The position numbers and the translations under genes are program-made. Under the pieces are notes generated by a model. It did not search any database, was not told where the DNA came from, and saw only the letters and a list, made by a program, of their open reading frames with translations. Positions 9,751 through 20,323 of a stretch of 64,000 nt of DNA are shown piece after piece (position 1 is the stretch's first letter; each line of letters opens with the position of its first letter). This stretch comes from Pyrinomonadaceae bacterium (lineage in GTDB: Bacteria; Acidobacteriota; Blastocatellia; Pyrinomonadales; Pyrinomonadaceae): the NCBI GenBank assembly GCA_046313635.1, contig JBKBYA010000004.1:64001-128000 (forward strand), given 5' to 3'.

Positions 9751-10890
9751 ATGAGTAACACAGCAGGAACATCAGCCGGTGCCGCGGGACTCCGCGGCGT
9801 GGTCGCGGCCTCCAGCAGTATCGGCGACGTCAACGGCGAGCAGGGAATTCTTATTTATCAGGGATATAACATTCACGATCTCGCCGAACACTCGACTTTT
9901 GAAGAGGTCGTCTATCTCCTCTGGCACGGCCGCTTGCCCCGCCAGGCCGAGCTCGACGAGCTCCGTGAGCGGCTCCGTGCAAACTACGACATTCCGGCGC
10001 CGGTGCTGGAGATGATGCGCACCTTCCCAAAGGACGCCGATCCGATGGACGTGCTCCGCACCGCGGTGTCGTCGCTCGACTTTTACGACCGTGACGGACA
10101 CGGCACCGATCGCGAGAGCGCGACGAATGCCGCGATCAAGCTCACCGGCCAGATCGGCACGATCGTCGCGGCGTGGGACCGCATCCGCGGCGGCAAGGAG
10201 CCGGTCGCTCCCGACAAGTCGCTGAGCATCGCCGAGAACTTCCTGTATATGCTCCGCGGCGGGAGGGCCGAGGCCGACGAGGTCCGCATCTTTGACGTCG
10301 CGCTGATCCTGCACGCCGATCATGAGCTGAACGCTTCGACATTTACGACGCGTGTCGTCGCCGGCACTCTCGCCGGGATGTACGGCGCGGTCACGGCCGG
10401 CATCGCGGCCCTCGCCGGCCCGCTCCACGGCGGTGCGAATACCAACGTGATGAAGATGCTCATCGAGATCGGCGAGATCGACAAGGTCGACGCGTGGGTC
10501 GATCAGGCACTGGCCGAGAAGCGAAAGATCATGGGCATCGGCCACGCCGTCTACAAGACCGAAGACCCGCGTGCCACATGGCTCCGCAAATTCGCCCGCC
10601 AGATGGGCGAGAAAAAGGGCGAAATGAAGTGGTTTGAGATGTCGCAGCGGATCGAGCAGCTTATGCACGAGAAAAAGGGAATGTTCCCGAATGTCGACTT
10701 TTACTCGGCTTCCACGTATTACCTGATGGGCATCCCGCTCGACCTCTACACGCCGATCTTCGCCGTCAGCCGCATCTCCGGCTGGACCGGCCACATACTC
10801 GAACAGTACGCCAACAACAAACTCATCCGCCCCCGCGCCGAATACATCGGCCCACGCGATCTCAAATACGTGCCGATCAACGAGCGGTGA
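9751..10890 (+). CDS. gltA: citrate synthase
   Basis: GLRGV, HADHELNAST, GPLHGGAN, MGIGHAVYK, FPNVDF, IRPRAEYIG. Confidence 0.93.
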   Translation: MSNTAGTSAGAAGLRGVVAASSSIGDVNGEQGILIYQGYNIHDLAEHSTFEEVVYLLWHGRLPRQAELDELRERLRANYDIPAPVLEMMRTFPKDADPMDVLRTAVSSLDFYDRDGHGTDRESATNAAIKLTGQIGTIVAAWDRIRGGKEPVAPDKSLSIAENFLYMLRGGRAEADEVRIFDVALILHADHELNASTFTTRVVAGTLAGMYGAVTAGIAALAGPLHGGANTNVMKMLIEIGEIDKVDAWVDQALAEKRKIMGIGHAVYKTEDPRATWLRKFARQMGEKKGEMKWFEMSQRIEQLMHEKKGMFPNVDFYSASTYYLMGIPLDLYTPIFAVSRISGWTGHILEQYANNKLIRPRAEYIGPRDLKYVPINER

Positions 10891-10913
10891 CGCGGTTCAG
10901 TCAAATAAAGCCG

Positions 10914-10944
10914 AATGGCCCCGAAGAGATTCGGGGCCATTTTT
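10914..10944 (+). terminator. intrinsic terminator
   Basis: AATGGCCCCGAA-GAGA-TTCGGGGCCATT followed by TTT. Confidence 0.8.
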
Positions 10945-11131
10945 GGCTATGACGGTGAAGTTCACGTATGAGGCCGAGGATGTGCTGATGGACGATGCAT
11001 CGGACGGCACGATCACGAAGTATCTCAACGGCCTCGGCATCGACAACAAGCTGCGGATGCAGGCGGGGTCGAATGCGAGCTACTTCCTCGCCGATCACCT
11101 CGGCTCGACGAACGGGCTGGTCGGGTCTTGA
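10943..11131 (+). pseudogene. RHS/YD-repeat protein fragment
   Basis: FTYEAEDVLMD...YLNGLGIDNKL...YFLADHLGST resembles the segment preceding the RHS core; truncated by a stop. Confidence 0.7.
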
Positions 11132-11318
11132 GAGGATCTCACGCCTACCGAGGATCTGGCGGCGTTGGCTCCTCGTAAGCGATTGCGGGCTTCAGCAAAT
11201 TTCAGCCTTAGCGCCGACTACCAACGCCGCGCAGCCTCGCGCGGTGGGCGGCTAAGGGCTAGAATATTGCGTAACGTTTTCTGCCGAAATTTTCAAATCA
11301 TCTTAAGGAGTCACCGCA

Positions 11319-13448
11319 ATGAAAGGTCCGCTCGCCGCTGCTTTGTTGGCAGTGTTGGTTTTGCCTTCCGCTATGCTTTCGCAAACTGAAAAGATCAAAC
11401 CGCCGGTTCCGAAGAAGGAACCAAAAGTTCTCAAGATCCACGGCTACGAGATCACCGACAACTATGCCTGGATGCGCGACCGCGATCCCGATAAAAAGGA
11501 TCCCGAGATCATCAAGTATCTCGAGGCCGAGAATGCCTACACCGAGAGCTTTATGGGGCAGCACAAGGGATTTGTCGACTCGCTCTACAAGGAGATCCTC
11601 GGCCGCATCAAGCAGACCGACACGAGCGTGCCGTACAGGCTCGGCGGCTACTGGTACTTCAACAAGACCGAAGAGGGCAAGCAGTACCCGGTCTACTACC
11701 GCAGCAAGTCGAAAGACCTCTCGTCGCCCGAGCTGCTGCTCGATCAGAACGAGATGGCAAAGGGCTACAAGTACTTCGCGATCGGCGAATTCAGCCCGAG
11801 CGACGACGGCAGCCTGCTCGCCTTCTCGACCGACACGACCGGCTACCGGCAGTACACGCTTCAGATCAAAGACCTGCGGACCGGCCGGATGCTGCCCGAT
11901 CGTGTCGAACGCGTTACGTCGGCCGAGTGGTCGAATGACGGCAAGTATCTTTTCATCGGGCAGGAAGATCCGGTGTCTAAGCGCTCCGACAAGATCTGGC
12001 GCCACACCGTCGGAACGGCGGATAAGAACGAGCTTATCTACGAGGAAAAGGACGTCCTCTTCAACGCCGGCGTCGGCCGCTCGCGCGACCGCAAGATGCT
12101 CTTTATCGGCTCGTACGCCAAGACGTCGCGCGAGTATCGTTACCTCGCGGCCGACGATCCGACCGGCGAATGGAAAGTCATCACGCCGCGCCGCGAAGGG
12201 CACGAGTACTCGGCCGATTTCGATCAGGGCGAGTTTTACATCGTGACGAATAAGGACGCAGAGAATTTCAAGGTCGTCCGCGCTCCGATGTCGGACCCGA
12301 GCGAAAAGAACTGGACCGATTTCATCCCGTACGATCCGGCGGTAAAGGTCGAGGACATAAGCTTTTTCAAGGACCACGCCGTCGTGTACGAACGCGAGAA
12401 CGGCCTCGAGTACCTCCGCGTGCTGGATCGCAAGACGCGCCGGGCTCCGCTTCGCGTCGAGACGCCCGAAGACAATTACACGATGTCGCTCTCGTCCAAT
12501 CCCGAGTACGACACGCCGATCATCCGCTATCGATATTCGTCGATGATCACGCCGAACTCGGTTTACGAGTTCGACTTCAAGACGCGCAAGAGCACGCTCA
12601 TCAAACAGGACGAGATCCCGAGCGGCTACGACAAGTCGAAGTACGAGACGACCCGCGTCTGGGCCGTGGCCCGCGACGGCGTAAAAGTGCCGATCTCGGT
12701 GATGATGAAAAAGGGGACCAAGCTCGACGGCTCGGCGCCGATGCTGCTCTACGGATACGGCTCGTACGGCATTCCGATGACGCCGAACTTCTCGGTCGCG
12801 CGGCTGAGCCTCGTCGACCGCGGAATGATCTACGCGATCGCGCACATTCGCGGCGGTTCGGAGCTGGGCGAAAAGTGGCGGCAAGAGGGACGAATGTTCA
12901 AAAAGATGAACACCTTTAACGACTTCGTCGACTCGGCCAAATGGCTCATCGCTAACAAGTACACTTCGCCCGATCGACTCGTCATCCAGGGCGGCAGCGC
13001 CGGCGGTCTGCTGATGGGTGCGGTGATGAATCAGGCCCCGCAGCTTTTTAAGGCCGCGATCGTGCAGGTGCCGTTTGTCGATGTGATGAATACGATGATC
13101 GACGAGACGCTGCCGCTCACGACCGAGGAGTGGGTCGAGTGGGGCAATCCGCGCGACGATAAAAAAGCGTGGGACTACATGGTCACATATTCGCCATACG
13201 ACAACGTCAAGGCGCAGCCGTACCCGAATATGCTCATCGAGGTCTCGCTCTACGACAGCCAGGTGCCTTATTGGGAAGGCGCGAAGTTCGCCGCAAAGGT
13301 CCGCGAGATGAAGACCAACGACAGCGTCGTGCTGCTCAAGACCAACATGGGCGCCGGGCACGGCGGTTCGTCGGGACGCTACGACCGTTTGAAAGAGGTC
13401 GCCTTCGATTACGCCTACGCTCTCGCGCAGGTCGGCATCACAAAGTAG
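11319..13448 (+). CDS. ptrB: oligopeptidase B (S9A) with signal peptide
   Basis: DNYAWMR, YGYGSYG, HIRGGSE, GGSAGG, EWGNP, AGHGG; AAGGAG RBS. Confidence 0.92.
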   Translation: MKGPLAAALLAVLVLPSAMLSQTEKIKPPVPKKEPKVLKIHGYEITDNYAWMRDRDPDKKDPEIIKYLEAENAYTESFMGQHKGFVDSLYKEILGRIKQTDTSVPYRLGGYWYFNKTEEGKQYPVYYRSKSKDLSSPELLLDQNEMAKGYKYFAIGEFSPSDDGSLLAFSTDTTGYRQYTLQIKDLRTGRMLPDRVERVTSAEWSNDGKYLFIGQEDPVSKRSDKIWRHTVGTADKNELIYEEKDVLFNAGVGRSRDRKMLFIGSYAKTSREYRYLAADDPTGEWKVITPRREGHEYSADFDQGEFYIVTNKDAENFKVVRAPMSDPSEKNWTDFIPYDPAVKVEDISFFKDHAVVYERENGLEYLRVLDRKTRRAPLRVETPEDNYTMSLSSNPEYDTPIIRYRYSSMITPNSVYEFDFKTRKSTLIKQDEIPSGYDKSKYETTRVWAVARDGVKVPISVMMKKGTKLDGSAPMLLYGYGSYGIPMTPNFSVARLSLVDRGMIYAIAHIRGGSELGEKWRQEGRMFKKMNTFNDFVDSAKWLIANKYTSPDRLVIQGGSAGGLLMGAVMNQAPQLFKAAIVQVPFVDVMNTMIDETLPLTTEEWVEWGNPRDDKKAWDYMVTYSPYDNVKAQPYPNMLIEVSLYDSQVPYWEGAKFAAKVREMKTNDSVVLLKTNMGAGHGGSSGRYDRLKEVAFDYAYALAQVGITK

Positions 13449-13473
13449 CTTTGCTACGCGGCAAGCCGCTAAT

Positions 13474-13511
13474 GATCAGGCAGACCCGATGAGGGCTGCC
13501 TGATCTTTTTT
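13474..13511 (+). terminator. intrinsic terminator
   Basis: GATCAGGCAG...CTGCCTGATC followed by a T-run. Confidence 0.75.
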
Positions 13512-13689
13512 GCGTCTTGCGGGCTCGGTCAATTTGAACGGACCGTTCGGCGGATCTGACCGACAGCCCGCCTTTATGATCGGCCGCACTCTCATTTCCG
13601 GCGAATTTCGCCGCGAACACGCTGGCACGGGCGTTGCCAGCGACGCCGCGAGACTCCCGCTCTCAATATCATCCTTTCGAGGTTTAACT

Positions 13690-15690
13690 ATGGTCCTCAC
13701 CCGTTTTCGCCCGCTGCTCTCACGACTCGTGATACTGTCCGTGCTGGTCAGCTCGTCCGCCGCACTATTGCCGGTCGCGGGAGCCTCTCGGCCCTCGATG
13801 GATGTCGGGGGCTCGCCTGTTCGCTCGTCGACATACGATGCCGGATCCGGATTTTTGACGCTGTCAGACGACCCGTTTGTCGGCGATAAGCTCTCGCCCG
13901 ATCTGCGCGGGATGGTCGATCGCCGAGCGGCCGCGACCGTCGATCTGATACTTCAATCGGACGACATTGAGGCTCCCGCGCTGCGCAGGGAACTGAGGGC
14001 TGCCGGAGCGTCGATCGTCTCTTCGGCGTCGAGCTTCAACATCCTTCAGGTCAAGATGCCGCTCGCCTCGGTCGAGAAGCTCGCCCGCAGCGAGCATGTG
14101 CTGCACCTCTCGCTCGATCTCGAGACCAAGTCGTTAGGTCATATCGAGACGACGACCGGCGTCGCGGCGATGCGGGCCGTCAAAGGCAACTCGACGCTCG
14201 ACGGCACGGGCATCGGCATCGCCATCGTCGATTCGGCGATCTACGCCGGGCATGACGAATTCACCGGCCCGACCGGAGCCTCGCGCATCGTTCGACAGGC
14301 GGCGTTCGAGACCGGCGGCAGCGAGGATCTCTACGGCCACGGAACGCACGTCGCCGCCATCGCGGCAGGTCGCGGCGGCAAGGCCGGCGACCCGATCTCG
14401 ACGAGCATCCTGAAGGATTACCAGGGCATCGCTCCCGGGGCCAACATCATCGCGGTCCGCGTGCTCAGCGACACGGGCACAGGCTCGAGCGCACGGCTCA
14501 TCAGCGCACTCGACTGGATCTACAAAAATCGCAAGACCGGCAACATCCGCGTCGTCAATCTCAGCCTCGGCACGGCCGCCGTCGAGACCTGGCGAAACGA
14601 TCCGCTCTGCCGCGCCGTGCGTACGCTGACCTCGGCCGGGATCGTCGTCGTGGCGGCGGCCGGCAACGACGGCAAGAATGTGCTTGGTCAAAAGGTCTAC
14701 GGCACGATCCATTCGCCGGGCAACGACCCGACGGTGATCACGGTCGGCGCGGTAAATACCTTCGGCTCGGACGCGCGTTCCGACGACGGCATCGCGACAT
14801 ACAGTTCGCGCGGGCCCACGCGTTCGTACTACACAGACGCATCCGGCATAAAGCAATACGACCATCTCGTTAAGCCCGACCTCGTCGCGCCGGGCAACAA
14901 GATCATCTCGGCCCGCTCGCGCGTCAACGTGATGGCGACGCTCAACCCGACCCTCGAGGTCCTCAACGACGGTCTCGGTCCGGCGACGCAGCTGATATAC
15001 ATGTCGGGGACGTCGATGGCGACGCCGGTCGTCTCGGGAGCGGCGGCGATCTTGCTGCAGGCCAACCCGTATCTCACGCCAAACCTCGTAAAGATGATCC
15101 TGATGTACACGGCGCAGCCGCTCAATGGATTCAATCATCTCGAGCAGGGGGCCGGCGAGATCAATATCGAGGGAGCGGTCAGGCTCGCAAAGCTCATTCG
15201 CAAAGACCTGACAAACGCGACGCCGCTCGGCACGCCGCTCCTCACTTCAAGGCTTCCCGTCGAGCAGTCAACCATCGCGGGACAGACGATCAACTGGTCG
15301 CAGGGAATGATCGTCAATCAGGGCTACGCGGCCGGCCGCGATCTCATCGCCAAGTATCAAAAGGTCTACGGTCTCGGCTACACGCTGAGCGACGGGCTGC
15401 TGATCAGCGACGGCCTTTTGATCAGCGACGGCCTGCTTATGAGCGACGGGCTGCTGCTGAGCGACGGGCTGCTGATCAGTGACGGCCTGCTGATCAGCGA
15501 CGGAGCGCTCTTTTACGACTACAGTTCGACATTCGCGAGCGGTCTCCTGATCAGTGACGGCCTGCTGTTGAGTGACGGGTTATTGATCAGCGACAGCTTC
15601 CTGCTGACCAACGGCGTCCTGTCTCCCGGCGGGCTCACGGTCGGCGTGCCGGTACTCATCGGAGGCGACGGGATACTTGGGATGAACTGA
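13690..15690 (+). CDS. secreted S8 (subtilisin-like) serine peptidase with C-terminal hexapeptide repeats
   Basis: Triad IVDS / HGTHVA / GTSMATP and oxyanion AAGN; signal peptide; GAGG RBS before ATG 13690. Confidence 0.9.
   Translation: MVLTRFRPLLSRLVILSVLVSSSAALLPVAGASRPSMDVGGSPVRSSTYDAGSGFLTLSDDPFVGDKLSPDLRGMVDRRAAATVDLILQSDDIEAPALRRELRAAGASIVSSASSFNILQVKMPLASVEKLARSEHVLHLSLDLETKSLGHIETTTGVAAMRAVKGNSTLDGTGIGIAIVDSAIYAGHDEFTGPTGASRIVRQAAFETGGSEDLYGHGTHVAAIAAGRGGKAGDPISTSILKDYQGIAPGANIIAVRVLSDTGTGSSARLISALDWIYKNRKTGNIRVVNLSLGTAAVETWRNDPLCRAVRTLTSAGIVVVAAAGNDGKNVLGQKVYGTIHSPGNDPTVITVGAVNTFGSDARSDDGIATYSSRGPTRSYYTDASGIKQYDHLVKPDLVAPGNKIISARSRVNVMATLNPTLEVLNDGLGPATQLIYMSGTSMATPVVSGAAAILLQANPYLTPNLVKMILMYTAQPLNGFNHLEQGAGEINIEGAVRLAKLIRKDLTNATPLGTPLLTSRLPVEQSTIAGQTINWSQGMIVNQGYAAGRDLIAKYQKVYGLGYTLSDGLLISDGLLISDGLLMSDGLLLSDGLLISDGLLISDGALFYDYSSTFASGLLISDGLLLSDGLLISDSFLLTNGVLSPGGLTVGVPVLIGGDGILGMN
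15388..15606 (+). repeat. 18-bp coding tandem repeat (SDGLLx), about 11 units in two blocks
   Basis: AGY GAC GGN YTN YTN ATC units from 15388; synonymous codons differ between units. Confidence 0.9.
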
Positions 15691-15808
15691 CCGCACAGCC
15701 GTCTAGACAAGATCGACCGGACGCAGCCGGGCGAGGGCCGTCGAGCTCTCGCCCGCTGCGTGCCTGGACCGCGGCTTGAGGACGCCTGCGGGTCCGAAAA
15801 AAATTACT

Positions 15809-15837
15809 TTTAACTCCTCGCCCGCGCTCGCTATAAT
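15809..15837 (+). promoter_or_regulatory. sigma70-like promoter of the GGDEF-EAL gene
   Basis: TTTAAC-N17-TATAAT. Confidence 0.5.
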
Positions 15838-15921
15838 GTAAAGGCCTCGCGGCCGCACGGTCCTCTCTCCGCATACCTGCTGACCGGCCGCACCGTTCGA
15901 CGCATTTGATCACCTCGCTTA

Positions 15922-18132
15922 ATGGAAAAAAAAGAAACGGTCGCCGATCTTTGCCTGCTGGCCCTGCTGCCGGTCGGCATCGCCGCTGTCGTTTGGGCGT
16001 GTCTCAACTTTCCGTCCGAACGCCTCGACTGGCAGCTCGGCATTTTGACGATCGTCACCGTTTTTTTCAGTTCCTACCTGCAGATCCAACTTCCGAGGGC
16101 CAAGATCCACATGACGACCTCGGACGCGATGGTGATCCTGGCGATGCTCTGGTACGGCGGCGAGATCGCCGTCCTGCTGACGACGCTCGAGACAGCGTTC
16201 ACGAGCACCGTGCTGCGCGCTCAGGGGACACGTATGCGCGTCAAGACGGCCGTCGTGAATGTCGTCGTCGCGTGCGTCACGGTCTTTGCGACGACGGGCA
16301 TCCTGCGCCTGCTCTTCGGGCCCGTGCCCGACGTGCTCACCAGCGGAGATGTGACCAAGTACGTTTGGCTGCTCGCGACCATGGCGGCATCGCTCTTTTT
16401 CTGCAACTCGATCTTGCTGTCGGTCTTTGTCGCCAGCCGGACCGGTAAGCGGATCACGACGATCTGGAACGAGTACTGCCTCAACGCCTTTGTGCTCTAC
16501 CTCAGCGGGGCTGTCCTGGCCGGCATCACCGCCAAGGCGACGCAGCAGATCAACTGGCTGCTGTTTGCCGCGGTGGCGGGATTCTTTGGATTTGTCTATC
16601 TCACATATCGCCGGTACATCCGCGACATAAAGCAAACCTCGGCGCTCGCCGAGCAGGCCGAACGCGAACGCGCCGAGCAGGCCGAACGCCACGTCAAAGA
16701 GCTCGAGCACTACGTAATGCAGCTCGAGGAGAGCGGCGAGGCTCTGCGCGAGAGTCACGAGCGGCTGCAACACGCCGCGTATCACGACGCGCTCACAGGC
16801 CTGTCAAATCGCAATTACTTTATCGAGCGGATCGACTCGCTGCTGGCCGAGCGCCGAGACGGCAACGAGGCGTTTGCGCTGCTGTTTCTCGATCTCAACC
16901 GCTTCAAGACCATTAACGACAGCCTCGGTCACGCGCTCGGCGATCAACTCATCAGGGACGTCGCGGCGCGGCTCGTCGCGGTCGCCGGCGAGCGGAATGA
17001 GGTCGGCCGATTCAGCGGGGACGAGTTTGCGGTGCTGCTGACGGGAGCCAACGTCTCCGAGGCCGTCGCCCTTGCCGAGAGCATCGCAGACGAGATCGCC
17101 CGGCCCTTCGAGCTCTCGGGGAGGCAGGTCTACACGAATGCCTGCATCGGCATCGCCCTCGGCACCGCCGTCTATAAATGCGCCACCGATCTGCTGCGCG
17201 ACGCCGACATCGCGATGTACTGCGCCAAAGACAATAAGCGCACATACGTCATCTTTGACCACGATATGCACGAGCGCGCCGTCCGGCTGCTCGAGCTGGA
17301 GACGAGTCTCCGCGATGCCGTCGACCGCGGCGAATTTGAGGTTCATTACCAGCCCATCGTAGGTCTGCGAGACGGGCGCGTTGCCGGCTTTGAGGCTCTC
17401 GTCAGATGGCGTCAGCCGGACGGCAGCTACATTCCGCCGCCTGACTTTATTCCCATCTGCGAAGCGAGCGATCTGATCGTGCCGCTGACCCGCCTGATAC
17501 TCGTCGAGTCGTGCCGCCAGGTGGCCGAGTGGAACCGCTCGAGCGTCGGCGAGCCGCTCTTTATCAGCGTCAACATCTCGAGCCGCCATATCGACCGCGC
17601 AGAGATCGTCGAGCACGTCGCCGCCGCGCTCGAGGAGTCGAGACTGCATCCCAGCTGTCTCAAGCTGGAGATCACGGAGACGGCGGTGATGGAAAACGCC
17701 GAAGCCGCGATCGAGCTGCTCGAGCGGATCAGGCGGCTCGGCGTGCAGATCAGCATCGACGACTTTGGGACCGGATATTCGAGCCTCTCGTACCTGCACC
17801 GCTTCCCGATCGACACGCTCAAGATCGACCAGTCATTCGTTCGGTCCTTGGGCCGGAGAGAGGGTGACGGTGAGATCGTTCACACGATACTTACACTCGC
17901 TCGCGGGCTAGGTCTCAGCGTCGTGGCGGAAGGGATCGAGACCGTCGAGCAGCTCGATCGTCTCAGGATGATGGGATGCGATCTCGGTCAGGGCTATCTC
18001 TTTTCAAGGCCCGGAACGGCCGATGTAATCGCGGAATTTCTCAGCGCGTGCCGGGCGAATGGCGACCGGATCACGATCGAGCGATCGAGCCTGGACCCGG
18101 CGCGCGTCGATCAGTTGACGCTGGCCGGATGA
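15922..18132 (+). CDS. membrane-sensor diguanylate cyclase/phosphodiesterase (GGDEF-EAL)
   Basis: About 6-7 TM helices, coiled coil, HDALTGL, DLNRFKTINDSLGH, SGDEF, EALVRW, DDFGTGYSSL, EGIE, QGY. Confidence 0.92.
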   Translation: MEKKETVADLCLLALLPVGIAAVVWACLNFPSERLDWQLGILTIVTVFFSSYLQIQLPRAKIHMTTSDAMVILAMLWYGGEIAVLLTTLETAFTSTVLRAQGTRMRVKTAVVNVVVACVTVFATTGILRLLFGPVPDVLTSGDVTKYVWLLATMAASLFFCNSILLSVFVASRTGKRITTIWNEYCLNAFVLYLSGAVLAGITAKATQQINWLLFAAVAGFFGFVYLTYRRYIRDIKQTSALAEQAERERAEQAERHVKELEHYVMQLEESGEALRESHERLQHAAYHDALTGLSNRNYFIERIDSLLAERRDGNEAFALLFLDLNRFKTINDSLGHALGDQLIRDVAARLVAVAGERNEVGRFSGDEFAVLLTGANVSEAVALAESIADEIARPFELSGRQVYTNACIGIALGTAVYKCATDLLRDADIAMYCAKDNKRTYVIFDHDMHERAVRLLELETSLRDAVDRGEFEVHYQPIVGLRDGRVAGFEALVRWRQPDGSYIPPPDFIPICEASDLIVPLTRLILVESCRQVAEWNRSSVGEPLFISVNISSRHIDRAEIVEHVAAALEESRLHPSCLKLEITETAVMENAEAAIELLERIRRLGVQISIDDFGTGYSSLSYLHRFPIDTLKIDQSFVRSLGRREGDGEIVHTILTLARGLGLSVVAEGIETVEQLDRLRMMGCDLGQGYLFSRPGTADVIAEFLSACRANGDRITIERSSLDPARVDQLTLAG

Positions 18133-18147
18133 TCTGATGTGCCGGTC

Positions 18148-19545
18148 TCACACGGCAAAGTGTGCCGGCCGGGCCCCGAGCGGATGTTCCGACTCGTATC
18201 GCGAGCCCATATTCAGCAGCATCGCCTCGCTCCAAAAGTTTCCGACAAGCTGGGTGCCGATCGGCAGTCCCTCGCTCGAGAGGCCGCACGGGACGCTGAT
18301 CGCGGGCACGCCGACGAGATTGGCCGAGACCGTGTAGATGTCGCTCAGGTACATCGCGATCGGGTCGTCCGACCGCTCGCCGATCTTGAAGGCAACGCTC
18401 GGCGACGTAGGCGTCAGTATCGCGTCGCACTTCTCGAACGCCCTCGCATAATCCTGCCGCAGCATCGTCCTGACCTTTTGCGCCTTTGCGTAGTAGGCGT
18501 CGTAGTAGCCGCTCGAGAGAACGTAGGTGCCGAGCATTATGCGTCGCTTGACCTCGGCGCCGAAGCCCTCCTCGCGCGTCTTGAAGTACATCTCGCGCAG
18601 CTCGTGCGCGCCCTCGGCTCGGAAGCCGTACCTCACGCCGTCGTAGCGTGCGAGATTGGACGACGCCTCGGCCGTCGCGAGAATGTAATAGACGGCGATG
18701 CCGTATCTGGCGTGCGGCAGCTCGACGTCGACGATCTCGCAGCCCATCTCTCTGAAATCGTCGATCGACCTTTCGACGGCCGCGAGCACGTCGTGCTCGA
18801 CGCCCTCGCCAAACAAAGCGCGCGGCACGCCGATACGCTTGCCCGAAATATCGTCATTCAGCGTCGCCGAATAATCCGGCACCGGCATGTCGGCCGATGT
18901 CGCGTCGCGCGGGTCGCGGCCCGCGATCACGCCGAGGACGCCCGCGACGTCTGCCGAGGTCTGGCCAAAGATGCCGATGTTGTCGAGCGAGGACGCAAAA
19001 GCGACCAGCCCGTAGCGAGATATGCGGCCGTAGGTCGGCTTGAGGCCGACGACGCCGCACAGCGACGCCGGCTGGCGGACCGAGCCGCCCGTTTCGGAGC
19101 CGAGCGAAACGCGGACGACGCCCGACGCGACCGCGACGGCCGAGCCGCCCGAGCTGCCGCCCGGGACGCGCTCGACGTCCCACGGATTGCGCGCGATGCC
19201 GAAGGCAGAAGTCTCGTTCGACGAGCCCATCGCAAACTCGTCCATATTCGTCTTGCCGACGACGATCGCTCCCGCAGCGTGCAGCCGCTCGATCGCGGTC
19301 GCGTCGTACTGCGCCTTGTAGTTGTGCAGGATGTGCGAGCCGCAGGTGGTCTGCATCCCCTTGGTGCAGATGTTGTCCTTGATCGCGATCGCGACGCCGT
19401 GCAACGCCCCGCCGCCGGCTCCGGCGTCGAGCTGCCCGGCGCGCTCGAGAGCCGCGTCTCGCTCGATCGAGAGAAATGAATTGAGCGTCGGATTAAGCCG
19501 CTCGGCCGCATCGAGCGTCTTTTCGATTTGAGAACGGATCGTCAT
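18148..19545 (-). CDS. gatA: Asp/Glu-tRNA amidotransferase subunit A
   Basis: [39 protein letters not shown] 19545. Confidence 0.95.
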   Translation of the reverse strand: MTIRSQIEKTLDAAERLNPTLNSFLSIERDAALERAGQLDAGAGGGALHGVAIAIKDNICTKGMQTTCGSHILHNYKAQYDATAIERLHAAGAIVVGKTNMDEFAMGSSNETSAFGIARNPWDVERVPGGSSGGSAVAVASGVVRVSLGSETGGSVRQPASLCGVVGLKPTYGRISRYGLVAFASSLDNIGIFGQTSADVAGVLGVIAGRDPRDATSADMPVPDYSATLNDDISGKRIGVPRALFGEGVEHDVLAAVERSIDDFREMGCEIVDVELPHARYGIAVYYILATAEASSNLARYDGVRYGFRAEGAHELREMYFKTREEGFGAEVKRRIMLGTYVLSSGYYDAYYAKAQKVRTMLRQDYARAFEKCDAILTPTSPSVAFKIGERSDDPIAMYLSDIYTVSANLVGVPAISVPCGLSSEGLPIGTQLVGNFWSEAMLLNMGSRYESEHPLGARPAHFAV

Positions 19546-19547
19546 AG

Positions 19548-19994
19548 TCACTTTCCTGATACGCTGTTTATCAGCCACTTGTCGTCGCGCTCGACGGCCT
19601 CGACGGTCACCTCGCGCTGCAGATTCTGGTCGTTCGCACGCCAGTAGAGATTGACGACCACATTCGCCCGGCCGGCTGCCTTGGCCTCGCACGCTCCGAG
19701 CTGGAACGCCTTTGGATAATCTTCGGACCTCGTAAAGTAGTCGAGGGCCCCGGCCGGCGCGGCCGCGAGCGACGTGTAGAGTTCGTCCGTCAAATAGCGG
19801 CGCCGGGCCTCGAGATTCTCGCCCGACGGCGTCATATCGCCGCCGATGTGAAACGCATAGAACTGCCGTACCGACTCGCGGGCCGCAAGACACGATCGAT
19901 CTTGGATCACCGGGATGCTGCAGCCGGTCGCGACGACGAGAGCGATGATCAGCAGACAAGAAGTGGTGAACACCGGGCGACGAACTGCATTCAT
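19548..19994 (-). CDS. small lipoprotein (YbjP/DUF3828-like)
   Basis: Lipobox [22 protein letters not shown]. Confidence 0.65.
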   Translation of the reverse strand: MNAVRRPVFTTSCLLIIALVVATGCSIPVIQDRSCLAARESVRQFYAFHIGGDMTPSGENLEARRRYLTDELYTSLAAAPAGALDYFTRSEDYPKAFQLGACEAKAAGRANVVVNLYWRANDQNLQREVTVEAVERDDKWLINSVSGK

Positions 19995-20035
19995 TTTGCC
20001 CGTTCGGGATCGCGACCCGTTGAACGCGATCGCCG

Positions 20036-20317
20036 TCATAGGACCTTAGGTACCTGGAAGTGTCCGGCGACGGCCGACGGTGCCTGCTCGAGCGCGGCCT
20101 GCTGGCCGAGCGGCTCGTGCGGAATGTCGTCGCGGTCGGCGTCGGTGGCTTCGCCCTCGGCGGTCAGCCCGCCGATCGCAGGCTCGACCGAGCCGGTGTC
20201 GAGCTCGTTGAGCTGCTCGACGTAGGCGACGATATTTGCCATCTGCGGCGTGTAGATCGCGACCTCCTCGTCGGAGATCTCGAGATGAGCGAGTTTGGCT
20301 ACCTTTCGAACGTCCAT
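20036..20317 (-). CDS. gatC: Asp/Glu-tRNA amidotransferase subunit C
   Basis: [10 protein letters not shown]...LNELDT..VEP...FQVPKVL. Confidence 0.92.
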   Translation of the reverse strand: MDVRKVAKLAHLEISDEEVAIYTPQMANIVAYVEQLNELDTGSVEPAIGGLTAEGEATDADRDDIPHEPLGQQAALEQAPSAVAGHFQVPKVL

Positions 20318-20323
20318 AAAAAT

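Noticed and set aside
11298..13361. Long antisense or alternate-frame ORFs (also 883..2106, 18139..19479, 28678..29982, 34211..35563)
   Set aside because: Shadow ORFs of high-GC genes with clear families on the other strand; no motifs of their own.
18148..20317. Missing gatB as an anomaly
   Set aside because: gatB is often encoded separately and may lie elsewhere in the genome.
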